Shown: positions 14,401-27,961 of the stretch, one piece after another
Position numbering within the stretch: position 1 is the stretch's first letter
How the letters are laid out: every line of letters begins with the position of its first letter
Assembly: GCA_964016885.1 (NCBI GenBank)
Contig: OZ024744.1
Span: 10,230,001 to 10,294,000, forward strand
DNA from: Eledone cirrhosa
Taxonomy: Eukaryota
Reading direction: 5' to 3'
DNA length: 64,000 nt
Notes under the pieces: model-generated
What the model was told of the DNA's origin: nothing
Database searches by the model: none
The model's input: the letters and a program-made list of their open reading frames with translations, nothing else
Position numbers and translations under genes: made by a program

Positions 14401-17400
14401 TACTACAATATCTTGTGTTGTTGTACTCCAATATGTTGTTTTTTGTACTACAATATGTCATGTTGTTGTACTCCAGTATGTCTTGTTATACTCCAATATG
14501 TCGTGCTGCTGTACTCCAATATGTCATGATGTTGTACTCCAATATGTTTTGCTGTTGTACTCCAATATGTTGTGTTGCTGTACTCCAATATGTTGTGTTG
14601 TTGTACTCCAATATGTTGTGTTGTTGTAATCCAATATCTTGTGTTGTTATACTCCAATATGTTGTGTTGTTATACTCCAATATGTTGTGTTGTGATACTC
14701 CAATATGTTGTGCTGTTGTACTCCAATATGTTGAGTTGTTATACTCCAATATGTAGTGTTGTTATACTCCAATATGTTGTGTTGTTGTACTCCAATCTGT
14801 TGTGTTGTTGTACTCCAATATGTTGTGTTGTTGTAATCCAATATCTTGTGCTGTTATACTCCAATATGTTGTGTTGTTGTACTCCAATATGTTGTGTTGT
14901 TATACTCCAATATGTTGTGTTGTGATACTCCAAAGTGTTGTGCTGTTGTACTCCAATATGTTGTGTTGTTTTACTCCAATAGGTTGCGTTGTTGTACTCC
15001 AATCTGTTGTGTTGTTATACTCCAATATGTTGTGTTGTTATACTCCAATATGTTGTGTTGTTGTACTCCAATATGTTGTGTTGTTGTACTCCAATATGTT
15101 GTGTTGTTGTAATCCAATATCTTGTGTTGTTATACTCCAATATGTTGTGTTGTTGTACTCCAATATGTTGTATTGTTGTTCTCCAATATGTCATGTTATA
15201 CTCCAATATGTTGTGTTCGTGTACTCCAATATTTTGTGATATTGTACGCCAATATGTTGTGTTGTTGTACTCCAATATGTTGTGTTGTTATACTCCAATA
15301 TGTTGTGTTGTTGTACTCCAATATGTTCTTGTACTCCAACATGTTGTGTTGTTGTACTCCAATATGTAGTGTTGTTGTAATCCAATATGTTGTGTTGTTG
15401 TACTCCAATATGTTGTGTTGTTGTACTCCAATATGTTGTGCTGTTGTACTCCAATATGTTGTGTTGTTATACTCCAATATGTTGTGTTATATTACTCCAA
15501 TATGTTGTGTTGTTGTACTCCAATATGTTGTGTTGTTGTACTCCAATATGTTGTGTTGTTGTAATCCAATATCTTGTGTTGTTATACTCCAATATGTTGT
15601 GTTGTTGTACTCCAATATGTTGTGTTGTTGTTCTCCAATATGTTGTGTTGTTATACTCCAATATGTTGTGTTGTGATATTCCAATATGTGGTGCTGTTGT
15701 ATACCAATATTTTGAGTTGTTATACTCCAATATGTAGTGTTGTTATACGCCAATATGTTGTGTTGTTGTACTCCAATCTGTTGTGTTATACTCCAATATC
15801 TTGTGCTGTTATACTCCAATATGTTGTGTTGTTGTACTCCAATATGTTGTGTTGTTATACTCCAATATGTTGTGTTGTGATACTCCAAAGTGTTGTGCTG
15901 TTGTACTCCAATATGTTGTGTTGTTGTAATCCAATATCTTGTGTTGTTATACTCCAATATGTTGTGTTGTTATACTCCAATATGTTGTGTTGTGATACTC
16001 CAATATGTTGTGCTGTTGTACTCCAATATGTTGTGTTGTTATACTCCAATATTTCGTGTTGTTTTACTCCAATATGTCATGTTGTTGTACTCCAATATTT
16101 CGTGTTGTTGTACTCCAATATGTCATGGTGTTGTACTTCAATATGTCGTATTGTTGTACTCCAGTATGTTGTGTTGTTGTTCTCCAATATGTCGTGTTGT
16201 TATACTCCAATATGTTATGATGTTGTACTCCAATATATTGTGTTGTTGTACTCCAATATGTTGTGTTGTTATACTCCAATATGTTGTGTTATTTTACTCC
16301 AATATGTTGTGTTGTTGTACTCCAATATGTTGTGTTGTTGTACTCCAATATGTTGTGTTGTTGTAATCCAATATCTTGTGTTGTTGTACTCCAATATGTT
16401 GTGTTGTTGTTCTCCAATATGTTGTGTTGTTATACTCCAATATGTTGTGTTCTGATACTCCAATATGTTGTGCTGTTGTACTCCAATATGTGTTGTTGTT
16501 GTACTCCAATATGTTGCGTTGTTGTACTCCAATATATCATGTTGTCGTACTCCAATATGTCATGTTATACTCCAATATGTTTTGATGCTGTACTCCAATA
16601 TGTTGTGTTGTTGTACTACTATATGTTGTGTTGTTGAACTCCAATATGTTGTTTTTTGTACTCCAATATGTCATGTTGTTGTACTCCAGTATGTCTTGTT
16701 ATACTCCAATATGTCGTGTTGCTGTACCTCAATATGTCATGATATTGTACTCCAATATGTTTCGCTGTTGTACTCCAATATGTTGTGTTGCTGTACTCCA
16801 ATATGTTGTGTTGTTGTACTCCAATATGTTGTGTTGTTGTAATCCAATATCTTGTGTTGTTATACTCCAATATGTTGTGTTGTTATACTCCAATATGTTG
16901 TGTTGTGATACTCCAATATGTTGTGCTGTTGTACTCCAATATGTTGAGTTGTTATACTCCAATATGTAGTGTTGTTATACTCCAATATGTTGTGTTGTTG
17001 TACTCCAATCTGTTGTGTTATACTCCAATATGTTGTGTTGTTATACTCCAATATGTTGTGTTGTTATACTCCAATATGTTGTGTTGTTTTACTCCAATAT
17101 GTTGTGTTGTTGTACTCCAATATGTTGTATTGTTGATCTCCAATAAGTTGTGTTCTTGTACTCCAATATATTGTGTTGTTGTACTCCAATATGTTGTGTT
17201 TTTGCAATCCAATATTTAATGTTGTTGTACTCCAATATGTCTTGTTATATTCCAATATGTCGTGTTGTTGTACTCCAATATGTCATGTTGTTGTACTCCA
17301 ATATTTCTTGTTGTTGTACCCCAATATGTCGTGTTGATTATACTCCAATTTTTGTTGCTGTTGTACTCCAATATGTTGTGTTGTTGTACTCCAATATGTT

Positions 17401-20400
17401 GTGTTGTTGTACTCCAATATGTTGTGTTGTTATTCTCCAATATGTTGTGCTGTTGTACTCCAATGTGTTATGTTGTTATACTCCAATATGTTGTGCTGTG
17501 ATACTCCAATATGTTGTGTTGTTGTACTCCAATCTGTTGTGTTGTTATACTCCAATATGTTGTGTTGTTATATTCCAATATGTTATGTTGTTTTACTCCA
17601 ATATGTTGTGTTGTTGTACTCCAATATGTTGTGTTGTTGTACTCCAATATGTTGTGTTGTTGTAATCCAATATCTTGTGTTGTTATACTCCAATATGTTG
17701 TGTTGTTGTACTCCAATATGTTGTGTTGTTGTTCTCCAATATGTCGTGTTGTTATACTCCAATATGTTGTGTTATGATACTCCAATATGTTGTGCTGTTG
17801 TACTCCAATATGTTGTGTTGTTATACTCCAAGATGTAGTGTTGTTATACTCCAATATGTTGTGTTGTTATACTCCAATATGTAGTGTTGTTATACTCCAA
17901 TATGTTGTGTTGTTGTACTCCAATCTGTTGTGTTGTTATACTCCAATATGTTGTGTTGTTATACCCCAATATGTTGTGTTGTTTTACTCCAATATGTTGT
18001 GTTGCCATACTCCAATATGTTGTGTTGTTGTACTCCAATATGTTGTGCTGCTGTACTCCAATATATTGTGTTATACTCCAATATGTTGTGTTGTTGTACT
18101 CCAATATGTTGTGTTGTTGTAATCCAAAATGTTGTGTTGTTATACTCCAATATGTTGTGTTATACTCCAATGTGTTGTGTTCTTGTACTCCAATATGAAG
18201 TGTTGTAATACTCCAATATGTAGTGCTGTTGTTATACTCCAATATGTTGTGTTATAATCCAATGTGTTGTGTTGTTGTACTCCAATCTGTTGTGTTGTTA
18301 TACTCCAATCTGTTGTGTTGTTATACTGCAATATGTTGTGTTGTTATACTCCAATATGTTGTGTTGTTATACTCCAAGATGTTGTGCTGTGATATTCTAA
18401 TATGTTGTGTTTTTGTACTCCAATATGTTGTGTTGTACTCCAATATGTTGTGTTGTTATACTCCAATATGCTGTGCTGTTGTACTCCAATATGTTGTGTT
18501 GTACTCCAATATGTTGTGTTGTTGTACTCCAATATATCATGTTGTCGTACTCCAATATGTCATGTTATACTCCAATATGTCGTTGTTATACTCCAATATG
18601 TCATGTTGCTGTACTCCAATATGTCGTGTTGTTGTACTCCAATATGTTTTGATGTTGTACTCCAATATGTTGTGTTGTTGTACTCCAATATGTTGTGTTG
18701 TTATACTCCAATATGTTGTGCTGTTGTACTCCAATATGTCAGGTTGTTGTACTCCGATATTTCGTGTTGTTCTACTCCAATATTTCATGTTGTTTTACTC
18801 CAATATGTCGTGGTGTTGTACTCCAATATGTTTTGATGTTGTACTCCAATATGTCGTGTTGTTGTACTCCAATATGTTGTGTTGTTGAACTCCAATATGC
18901 TGTGTTGTTATACTCCTATATGTTGTGTTGTTGTACTCCAATATGTTGTGTTGTTGTTCTCCAATATGTTGTGTTGTTATACTCCAATATGTTGTGTTGT
19001 GATATTCCAATATGTGGTGCTGTTGTACTCCAATATTTTGAGTTGTTATACTCCAATATGTAGTGTTGTTATACGCCAATATGTTGTGTTGTTGTACTCC
19101 AATCTGTTGTGTTATACTCCAATATCTTGTGCTGTTATACTCCAATATGTTGTGTTGTTGTACTCCAATATGTTGTGTTGTTATACTCCAATATGTTGTG
19201 TTGTGATACTCCAAAGTGTTGTGCTGTTGTACTCCAATATGTTGTGTTGTTGTAATCCAATATCTTGTGTTGTTATACTCCAATATGTTGTGTTGTTATA
19301 CTCCAATATGTTGTGTTGTGATACTCCAATATGTTGTGCTGTTGTACTCCAATATGTTGTGTTGTTATACTCCAATATTTCGTGTTGTTTTACTCCAATA
19401 TGTCATGTTGTTGTACTCCAATATTTCGTGTTGTTGTACTCCAATATGTCATGGTGTTGTACTTCAATATGTCGTATTGTTGTACTCCAGTATGTTGTGT
19501 TGTTGTTCTCCAATATGTCGTGTTGTTATACTCCAATATGTTATGATGTTGTACTCCAATATATTGTGTTGTTGTACTCCAATATGTTGTGTTGTTATAC
19601 TCCAATATGTTGTGTTATTTTACTCCAATATGTTGTGTTGTTGTACTCCAATATGTTGTGTTGTTGTACTCCAATATGTTGTGTTGTTGTAATCCAATAT
19701 CTTGTGTTGTTGTACTCCAATATGTTGTGTTGTTGTTCTCCAATATGTTGTGTTGTTATACTCCAATATGTTGTGTTCTGATACTCCAATATGTTGTGCT
19801 GTTGTACTCCAATATGTGTTGTTGTTGTACTCCAATATGTTGCATTGTTGTACTCCAATATATCATGTTGTCGTACTCCAATATGTCATGTTATACTCCA
19901 ATATGTTTTGATGCTGTACTCCAATATGTTGTGTTGTTGTACTACAATATGTTGTGTTGTTGAACTCCAATATGTTGTTTTTTGTACTCCAATATGTCAT
20001 GTTGTTGTACTCCAGTATGTCTTGTTATACTCCAATATGTCGTGTTGCTGTACCTCAATATGTCATGATATTGTACTCCAATATGTTTCGCTGTTGTACT
20101 CCAATATGTTGTGTTGCTGTACTCCAATATGTTGTGTTGTTGTACTCCAATATGTTGTGTTGTTGTAATCCAATATCTTGTGTTGTTATACTCCAATATG
20201 TTGTGTTGTTATACTCCAATATGTTGTGTTGTGATACTCCAATATGTTGTGCTGTTGTACTCCAATATGTTGAGTTGTTATACTCCAATATGTAGTGTTG
20301 TTATACTCCAATATGTTGTGTTGTTGTACTCCAATCTGTTGTGTTATACTCCAATATGTTGTGTTGTTATACTCCAATATGTTGTGTTGTTTTACTCCAA

Positions 20401-23197
20401 TATGTTGTGTTGTTGTACTCCAATATGTTGTATTGTTGATCTCCAATAAGTTGTGTTCTTGTACTCCAATATATTGTGTTGTTGTACTCCAATATGTTGT
20501 GTTTTTGCAATCCAATATTTAATGTTGTTGTACTCCAATATGTCTTGTTATATTCCAATATGTCGTGTTGTTGTACTCCAATATGTCATGTTGTTGTACT
20601 CCAATATTTCTTGTTGTTGTACCCCAATATGTCGTGTTGATTATACTCCAATTTTTGTTGCTGTTGTACTCCAATATGTTGTGTTGTTGTACTCCAATAT
20701 GTTGTGTTGTTGTACTCCAATATGTTGTGTTGTTATTCTCCAATATGTTGTGCTGTTGTACTCCAATGTGTTATGTTGTTATACTCCAATATGTTGTGCT
20801 GTGATACTCCAATATGTTGTGTTGTTGTACTCCAATCTGTTGTGTTGTTATACTCCAATATGTTGTGTTGTTATATTCCAATATGTTATGTTGTTTTACT
20901 CCAATATGTTGTGTTGTTGTACTCCAATATGTTGTGTTGTTGTACTCCAATATGTTGTGTTGTTGTAATCCAATATCTTGTGTTGTTATACTCCAATATG
21001 TTGTGTTGTTGTACTCCAATATGTTGTGTTGTTGTTCTCCAATATGTCGTGTTGTTATACTCCAATATGTTGTGTTATGATACTCCAATATGTTGTGCTG
21101 TTGTACTCCAATATGTTGTGTTGTTATACTCCAAGATGTAGTGTTGTTATACTCCAATATGTTGTGTTGTTATACTCCAATATGTAGTGTTGTTATACTC
21201 CAATATGTTGTGTTGTTGTACTCCAATCTGTTGTGTTGTTATACTCCAATATGTTGTGTTGTTATACCCCAATATGTTGTGTTGTTTTACTCCAATATGT
21301 TGTGTTGCCATACTCCAATATGTTGTGTTGTTGTACTCCAATATGTTGTGCTGCTGTACTCCAATATATTGTGTTATACTCCAATATGTTGTGTTGTTGT
21401 ACTCCAATATGTTGTGTTGTTGTAATCCAAAATGTTGTGTTGTTATACTCCAATATGTTGTGTTATACTCCAATGTGTTGTGTTCTTGTACTCCAATATG
21501 AAGTGTTGTAATACTCCAATATGTAGTGCTGTTGTTATACTCCAATATGTTGTGTTATAATCCAATGTGTTGTGTTGTTGTACTCCAATCTGTTGTGTTG
21601 TTATACTCCAATCTGTTGTGTTGTTATACTGCAATATGTTGTGTTGTTATACTCCAATATGTTGTGTTGTTATACTCCAAGATGTTGTGCTGTGATACTC
21701 TAATATGTTGTGTTTTTGTACTCCAATATGTTGTGTTGTACTCCAATATGTTGTGTTGTTATACTCCAATATGCTGTGCTGTTGTACTCCAATATGTTGT
21801 GTTGTACTCCAATATGTTGTGTTGTTGTACTCCAATATATCATGTTGTCGTACTCCAATATGTCATGTTATACTCCAATATGTCGTTGTTATACTCCAAT
21901 ATGTCATGTTGCTGTACTCCAATATGTCGTGTTGTTGTACTCCAATATGTTTTGATGTTGTACTCCAATATGTTGTGTTGTTGTACTCCAATATGTTGTG
22001 TTGTTATACTCCAATATGTTGTGCTGTTGTACTCCAATATGTCAGGTTGTTGTACTCCGATATTTCGTGTTGTTCTACTCCAATATTTCATGTTGTTTTA
22101 CTCCAATATGTCGTGGTGTTGTACTCCAATATGTTTTGATGTTGTACTCCAATATGTCGTGTTGTTGTACTCCAATATGTTGTGTTGTTGAACTCCAATA
22201 TGCTGTGTTGTTATACTCCTATATGTTGTGTTGTTGTACTCCAATATGTTGTGTTGTACTCCAATATGTTGTGTTGTTATACTCCACAATGTTGTGTTGT
22301 TGTACTCCAATAGGTTATGTTGTTGTACTCCAATAGGTTATGTTGTTGTACTCCAATATGTGATGTTGTTGTACTCCAATATGTTGTGTTGCTGTACTCC
22401 AATATGTTGTGTTGTTGTTCTCCAATATGTCGTGTTGTTATACTCCAATATGTTGTGTTATGATACTCCAATATGTTGTGCTGTTGTACTCCAATATGTT
22501 GTGTTGTTGTACTCCAATATGTTGTGTTGTTATACTCCAATATGTTGTGTTGTTATACTCCAATATGTAGTGTTGTTATACTCCAATATGTTGTGTTGTT
22601 GTACTCCAATCTGTTGTGTTGTTATACTCCAATATGTTGTGTTGTTATACCCCAATATGTTGTGTTGTTTTACTCCAATATGTTGTGTTGCCATACTCCA
22701 ATATGTTGTGTTGTTGTACTCCAATATGTTGTGCTGCTGTACTCCAATATATTGTGTTATACTCCAATATGTTGTGTTGTTGTACTCCAATATGTTGTGT
22801 TGTTGTAATCCAAAATGTTGTGTTGTTATACTCCAATATGTTGTGTTGTAATACTCCAATATGTTGTGCTCCAATATGTTGTGTTATACTCCAATGTGTT
22901 GTGTTCTTGTACTCCAATATGAAGTGTTGTAATACTCCAATATGTAGTGCTGTTGTTATACTCCAATATGTTGTGTTATAATCCAATGTGTTGTGTTGTT
23001 GTACTCCAATCTGTTGTGTTGTTATACTCCAATCTGTTGTGTTGTTATACTGCAATATGTTGTGTTGTTATACTCCAATATGTTGTGTTGTTATACTCCA
23101 AGATGTTGTGCTGTGATACTCTAATATGTTGTGTTTTTGTACTCCAATATGTTGTGTTGTTGTACTCCAATATGCTGTGTTGTTGTAATCCAATATC
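11454..23197 (+). repeat. Left-domain long higher-order unit 2 (11,744 bp = 8,441-bp unit + 3,303-bp internal duplication)
   Basis: Equivalent ORFs start at 11454 and 23198. Offsets 8709->17150 and 10096->18537 are 8,441; 18537->21840 is 3,303. Confidence 0.85.
15595..22225 (+). repeat. ~3.3-kb direct tandem duplication (about 15,595-18,920 and 18,921-22,225)
   Basis: Matching ORFs are offset by 3,326 (15855->19181) and then 3,303 (17150->20453). At ~18,920 the sequence jumps from the CCTATATG monomer back to the GTTCTCC...GATATTCCAATATGTGGTGC block of ~15,630. Confidence 0.85.
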
Positions 23198-26100
23198 TTG
23201 TGCTGTTATACTCCAATATGTTGTGTTGTTGTACTCCAATATGTTGTGTTGTTATACTCCAATATGTTGTGTTGTGATACTCCAAAGTGTTGTGCTATTG
23301 TACTCCAATATGTTGTGTTGTTTTACTCCAATAGGTTGCGTTGTTGTACTCCAATCTGTTGTGTTGTTATACTCCAATATGTTGTGTTGTTATACTCCAA
23401 TATGGTGTGTTGTTTTACTCCAATATGTTGTGTTGTTGCAATCCAATATGTTTGTGTTGTTTTACTCCAATATGTTGTGTTGTTATACTCAAATATGTTG
23501 TGTTGTTGTACTCCAATATGGTGTGTTGTTGTACTCCAATATGTTGTGTTGTTGTACTCCAATATGTTGTGTTGTTATACTCCAATATGTTGTGTTGGTG
23601 TACTCCAATATGTTGTGCTGTTGAACTCCAAATCTCGTGTTGTTATACTCCAATGTGTTGTGTTGTTATACTCCAATATGTTGTGTTGTTGTACTCCAAT
23701 ATGTTGTGTTGTTGTACTCCAATATGTTGTGTTGTTGTACTCCAATATGTTGTGTTGTTGTACTCCAATATGTCATGTTATACTCCAATATGTCATGTTG
23801 TTTTACTCCAATATGTTGTGTTGTTGCACTCCAATATGTCGTGTTGTTGTACTCCAATATGTTGTGTTGTTGTACTGCAATATGTTGTGTTGTTATACTC
23901 CAATATGCTGTGCTGTTGTACTCCAATATGTTGTGTTGTACTCCAATATGTTGTGTTGTTGTACTCCAATATATCATGTTGTCGTACTCCAATATGTCAT
24001 GTTATACTCCAATATGTCGTTGTTATACTCCAATATGTCATGTTGCTGTACTCCAATATGTCGTGTTGTTGTACTCCAATATGTTTTGATGTTGTACTCC
24101 AATATGTTGTGTTGTTGTACTCCAATATGTTGTGTTGTTATACTCCAATATGTTGTGCTGTTGTACTCCAATATGTCAGGTTGTTGTACTCCGATATTTC
24201 GTGTTGTTCTACTCCAATATTTCATGTTGTTTTACTCCAATATGTCGTGGTGTTGTACTCCAATATGTTTTGATGTTGTACTCCAATATGTCGTGTTGTT
24301 GTACTCCAATATGTTGTGTTGTTCAACTCCAATATGCTGTGTTGTTATACTCCTATATGTTGTGTTGTTGTACTCCAATATGTTGTGTTGTACTCCAATA
24401 TGTTGTGTTGTTATACTCCACAATGTTGTGTTGTTGTACTCCAATAGGTTGTGTTGTTGTACTCCAATATGTGATGTTGTTGTACTCCAATATGTCGTAT
24501 TGTTGTACTCCAATATGTTGTGTTGTTATACTCCAATATTTCGTGTTGTTTTACTCCAATATGTCATGTTGTTGTACTCCAATATCTCGTGTTGTTGTAC
24601 TCCAATATGTAATGGTGTTCTACTTCAATATGTCGTATTGTTGTACTCCAATATGTTGTATTGTTGTTCTCCAATATGTCGTGTTGTTATACTCCAATAT
24701 GTTATGATGTTGTACTCCAATATATTGTGTTGTTGTACTCCAATATGTTGTGTTGTTGTATTCAATACGCTGTGTTGTTGTACTCCAATATGTTGTGTTG
24801 TTGTACTCCAATATGTAGTTGTACTCCAATATGTTGTGTTGTTGTACTCCAATATGTTGTGTTGTTATACTCCAATATGTATTGTTGTTGTAATCCAATA
24901 TGTTGTGTTGTACTCCAATATATAATGTTGTTGTACTCCAATATGTTGTGTTGTTGTACTCCGATATGTTGTGCTGTTGTACTCCAATATGTTGTGTTAT
25001 TGTACTCCAATATGTTGTGTTGTTGTACTCCAATACGTTATGTTGTTGTACTCCAATATTTAGTGCTGTTATACTCCAATATGTTGTGTTGTTATACTCC
25101 AAAAAGTTGTGTTGTTTTACTCCAATATGTTGTGTTGTTATACTCCAGTATGTTGTGTTGTTGTACTCCAATATGTTGTGCTGTTGTACTCCAATATGTC
25201 AGGTTGTTGTACTCCGATATTTCGTGTTGTTCTACTCCAATATTTCGTGTTGTTTTACTCCAATATGTCGTGGTGTTGTACTCCAATATGTTTTGATGTT
25301 GTACTCCAATATGTCGTGTTGTTGTACTCCAATATGTTGTGTTGTTGAACTCCAATATGCTGTGTTGTTATACTCCTAAATGTTGTGTTGTTGTACTCCA
25401 ATATGTTGTGTTGTACTCCAATATGTTGTGTTGTTACACTCCACAATGTTGTGTTGTTGTACTCCAAAATGTGATGTTGCTGTACTCCAATATGTCGTAT
25501 TGTTGTACTCCAATATGTTGTGTTGTTATACTCCAATATTTCGTGTTGTTTTACTCCAATGTCATGTTGTTGTACTCCAATATTTCGTGTTGTTGTACTC
25601 TAATATGTCATGTTGTTGTACTCCAATATTTCGTGTTGTTGTGCTCCAATATGTCATGGTGTTGTACTTCAATATGTCGTATTGTTGTACTCCAGTATGT
25701 TATGATGTTGTACTCCAATATATTGTGTTGTTGTACTCCAATATGTTGTGTTGTTATACTCCAATATGTTGTGTTATTTTACTCCAATATGTTGTGTTGT
25801 TGTACTCCAATATGTTGTGTTGTTGTACTCCAATATGTTGTGTTGTTGTAATCCAATATCTTGTGTTGTTGTACTCCAATATGTTGTGTTGTTGTTCTCC
25901 AATATGTTGTGTTGTTATACTCCAATATGTTGTGTTGTGATACTCCAATATGTTGTGCTGTTGTACTCCAATATGTGTTGTTGTTGTACTCCAATATGTT
26001 GCGTTGCTGTACTCCAATATATCATGTTGTCGTACTCCAATATGTCATGTTATACTCCAATATGTTTTGATGCTGTACTCCAATATGTCGTGTTGTTGTA

Positions 26101-27961
26101 CTACAATATCTTGTGTTGTTGTACTCCAATATGTTGTTTTTTGTACTCCAATATGTCATGTTGTTGTACTCCAGTATGTCTTGTTATACTCCAATATGTC
26201 GTGCTGCTGTACTCCAATATGTCATGATGTTGTACTCCAATATGTTTTGCTGTTGTACTCCAATATGTTGTGTTGCTGTACTCCAATATGTTGTGTTGTT
26301 GTACTCCAATATGTTGTGTTGTTGTAATCCAATATCTTGTGTTGTTATACTCCAATATGTTGTGTTGTTATACTCCAATATGTTGTGTTGTGATACTCCA
26401 ATATGTTGTGCTGTTGTACTCCAATATGTTGAGTTGTTATACTCCAATATGTAGTGTTGTTATACTCCAATATGTTGTGTTGTTGTACTCCAATCTGTTG
26501 TGTTATACTCCAATATTTTGTGTTGTTATACTGCAATATGTTGTGTTGTTATACTCCAATATGTTGTGTTGTTATACTCCAAGATGTTGTGCTGTGATAC
26601 TCTAATATGTTGTGTTTTTGTACTCCAATATGTTGTGTTGTACTCCAATATGTTGTGTTGTTATACTCCAATATGCTGTGCTGTTGTACTCCAATATGTT
26701 GTGTTGTACTCCAATATGTTGTGTTGTTGTACTCCAATATATCATGTTGTCGTACTCCAATATGTCATGTTATACTCCAATATGTCGTTGTTATACTCCA
26801 ATATGTCATGTTGCTGTACTCCAATATGTCGTGTTGTTGTACTCCAATATGTTTTGATGTTGTACTCCAATATGTTGTGTTGTTGTACTCCAATATGTTG
26901 TGTTGTTATACTCCAATATGTTGTGCTGTTGTACTCCAATATGTCAGGTTGTTGTACTCCGATATTTCGTGTTGTTCTACTCCAATATTTCATGTTGTTT
27001 TACTCCAATATGTCGTGGTGTTGTACTCCAATATGTTTTGATGTTGTACTCCAATATGTCGTGTTGTTGTACTCCAATATGTTGTGTTGTTGAACTCCAA
27101 TATGCTGTGTTGTTATACTCCTATATGTTGTGTTGTTGTACTCCAATATGTTGTGTTGTACTCCAATATGTTGTGTTGTTATACTCCACAATGTTGTGTT
27201 GTTGTACTCCAATAGGTTATGTTGTTGTACTCCAATATGTGATGTTGTTGTACTCCAATATGTTGTGTTGCTGTACTCCAATATGTTGTGTTGTTGTTCT
27301 CCAATATGTCGTGTTGTTATACTCCAATATGTTGTGTTATGATACTCCAATATGTTGTGCTGTTGTACTCCAATATGTTGTGTTGTTGTACTCCAATATG
27401 TTGTGTTGTTATACTCCAATATGTTGTGTTGTTATACTCCAATATGTAGTGTTGTTATACTCCAATATGTTGTGTTGTTGTACTCCAATCTGTTGTGCTG
27501 CTGTACTCCAATATATTGTGTTATACTCCAATATGTTGTGTTGTTGTACTCCAATATGTTGTGTTGTTGTAATCCAAAATGTTGTGTTGTTATACTCCAA
27601 TATGTTGTGTTGTAATACTCCAATATGTTGTGCTCCAATATGTTGTCTTATACTCCAATGTGTTGTGTTCTTGTACTCCAATATGAAGTGTTGTAATACT
27701 CCAATATGTAGTGCTGTTGTTATACTCCAATATGTTGTGTTATAATCCAATGTGTTGTGTTGTTGTACTCCAATCTGTTGTGTTGTTATACTCCAATCTG
27801 TTGTGTTGTTATACTGCAATATGTTGTGTTGTTATACTCCAATATGTTGTGTTGTTATACTCCAAGATGTTGTGCTGTGATACTCTAATATGTTGTGTTT
27901 TTGTACTCCAATATGTTGTGTTGTTGTACTCCAATATGCTGTGTTGTTGTAATCCAATATC
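23198..27961 (+). repeat. HOR type A, copy 1 (4,764 bp)
   Basis: Anchored on the recurring MCCYTPICC...DTPKCC ORF start; carries the 575-codon ORF form. Confidence 0.9.
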
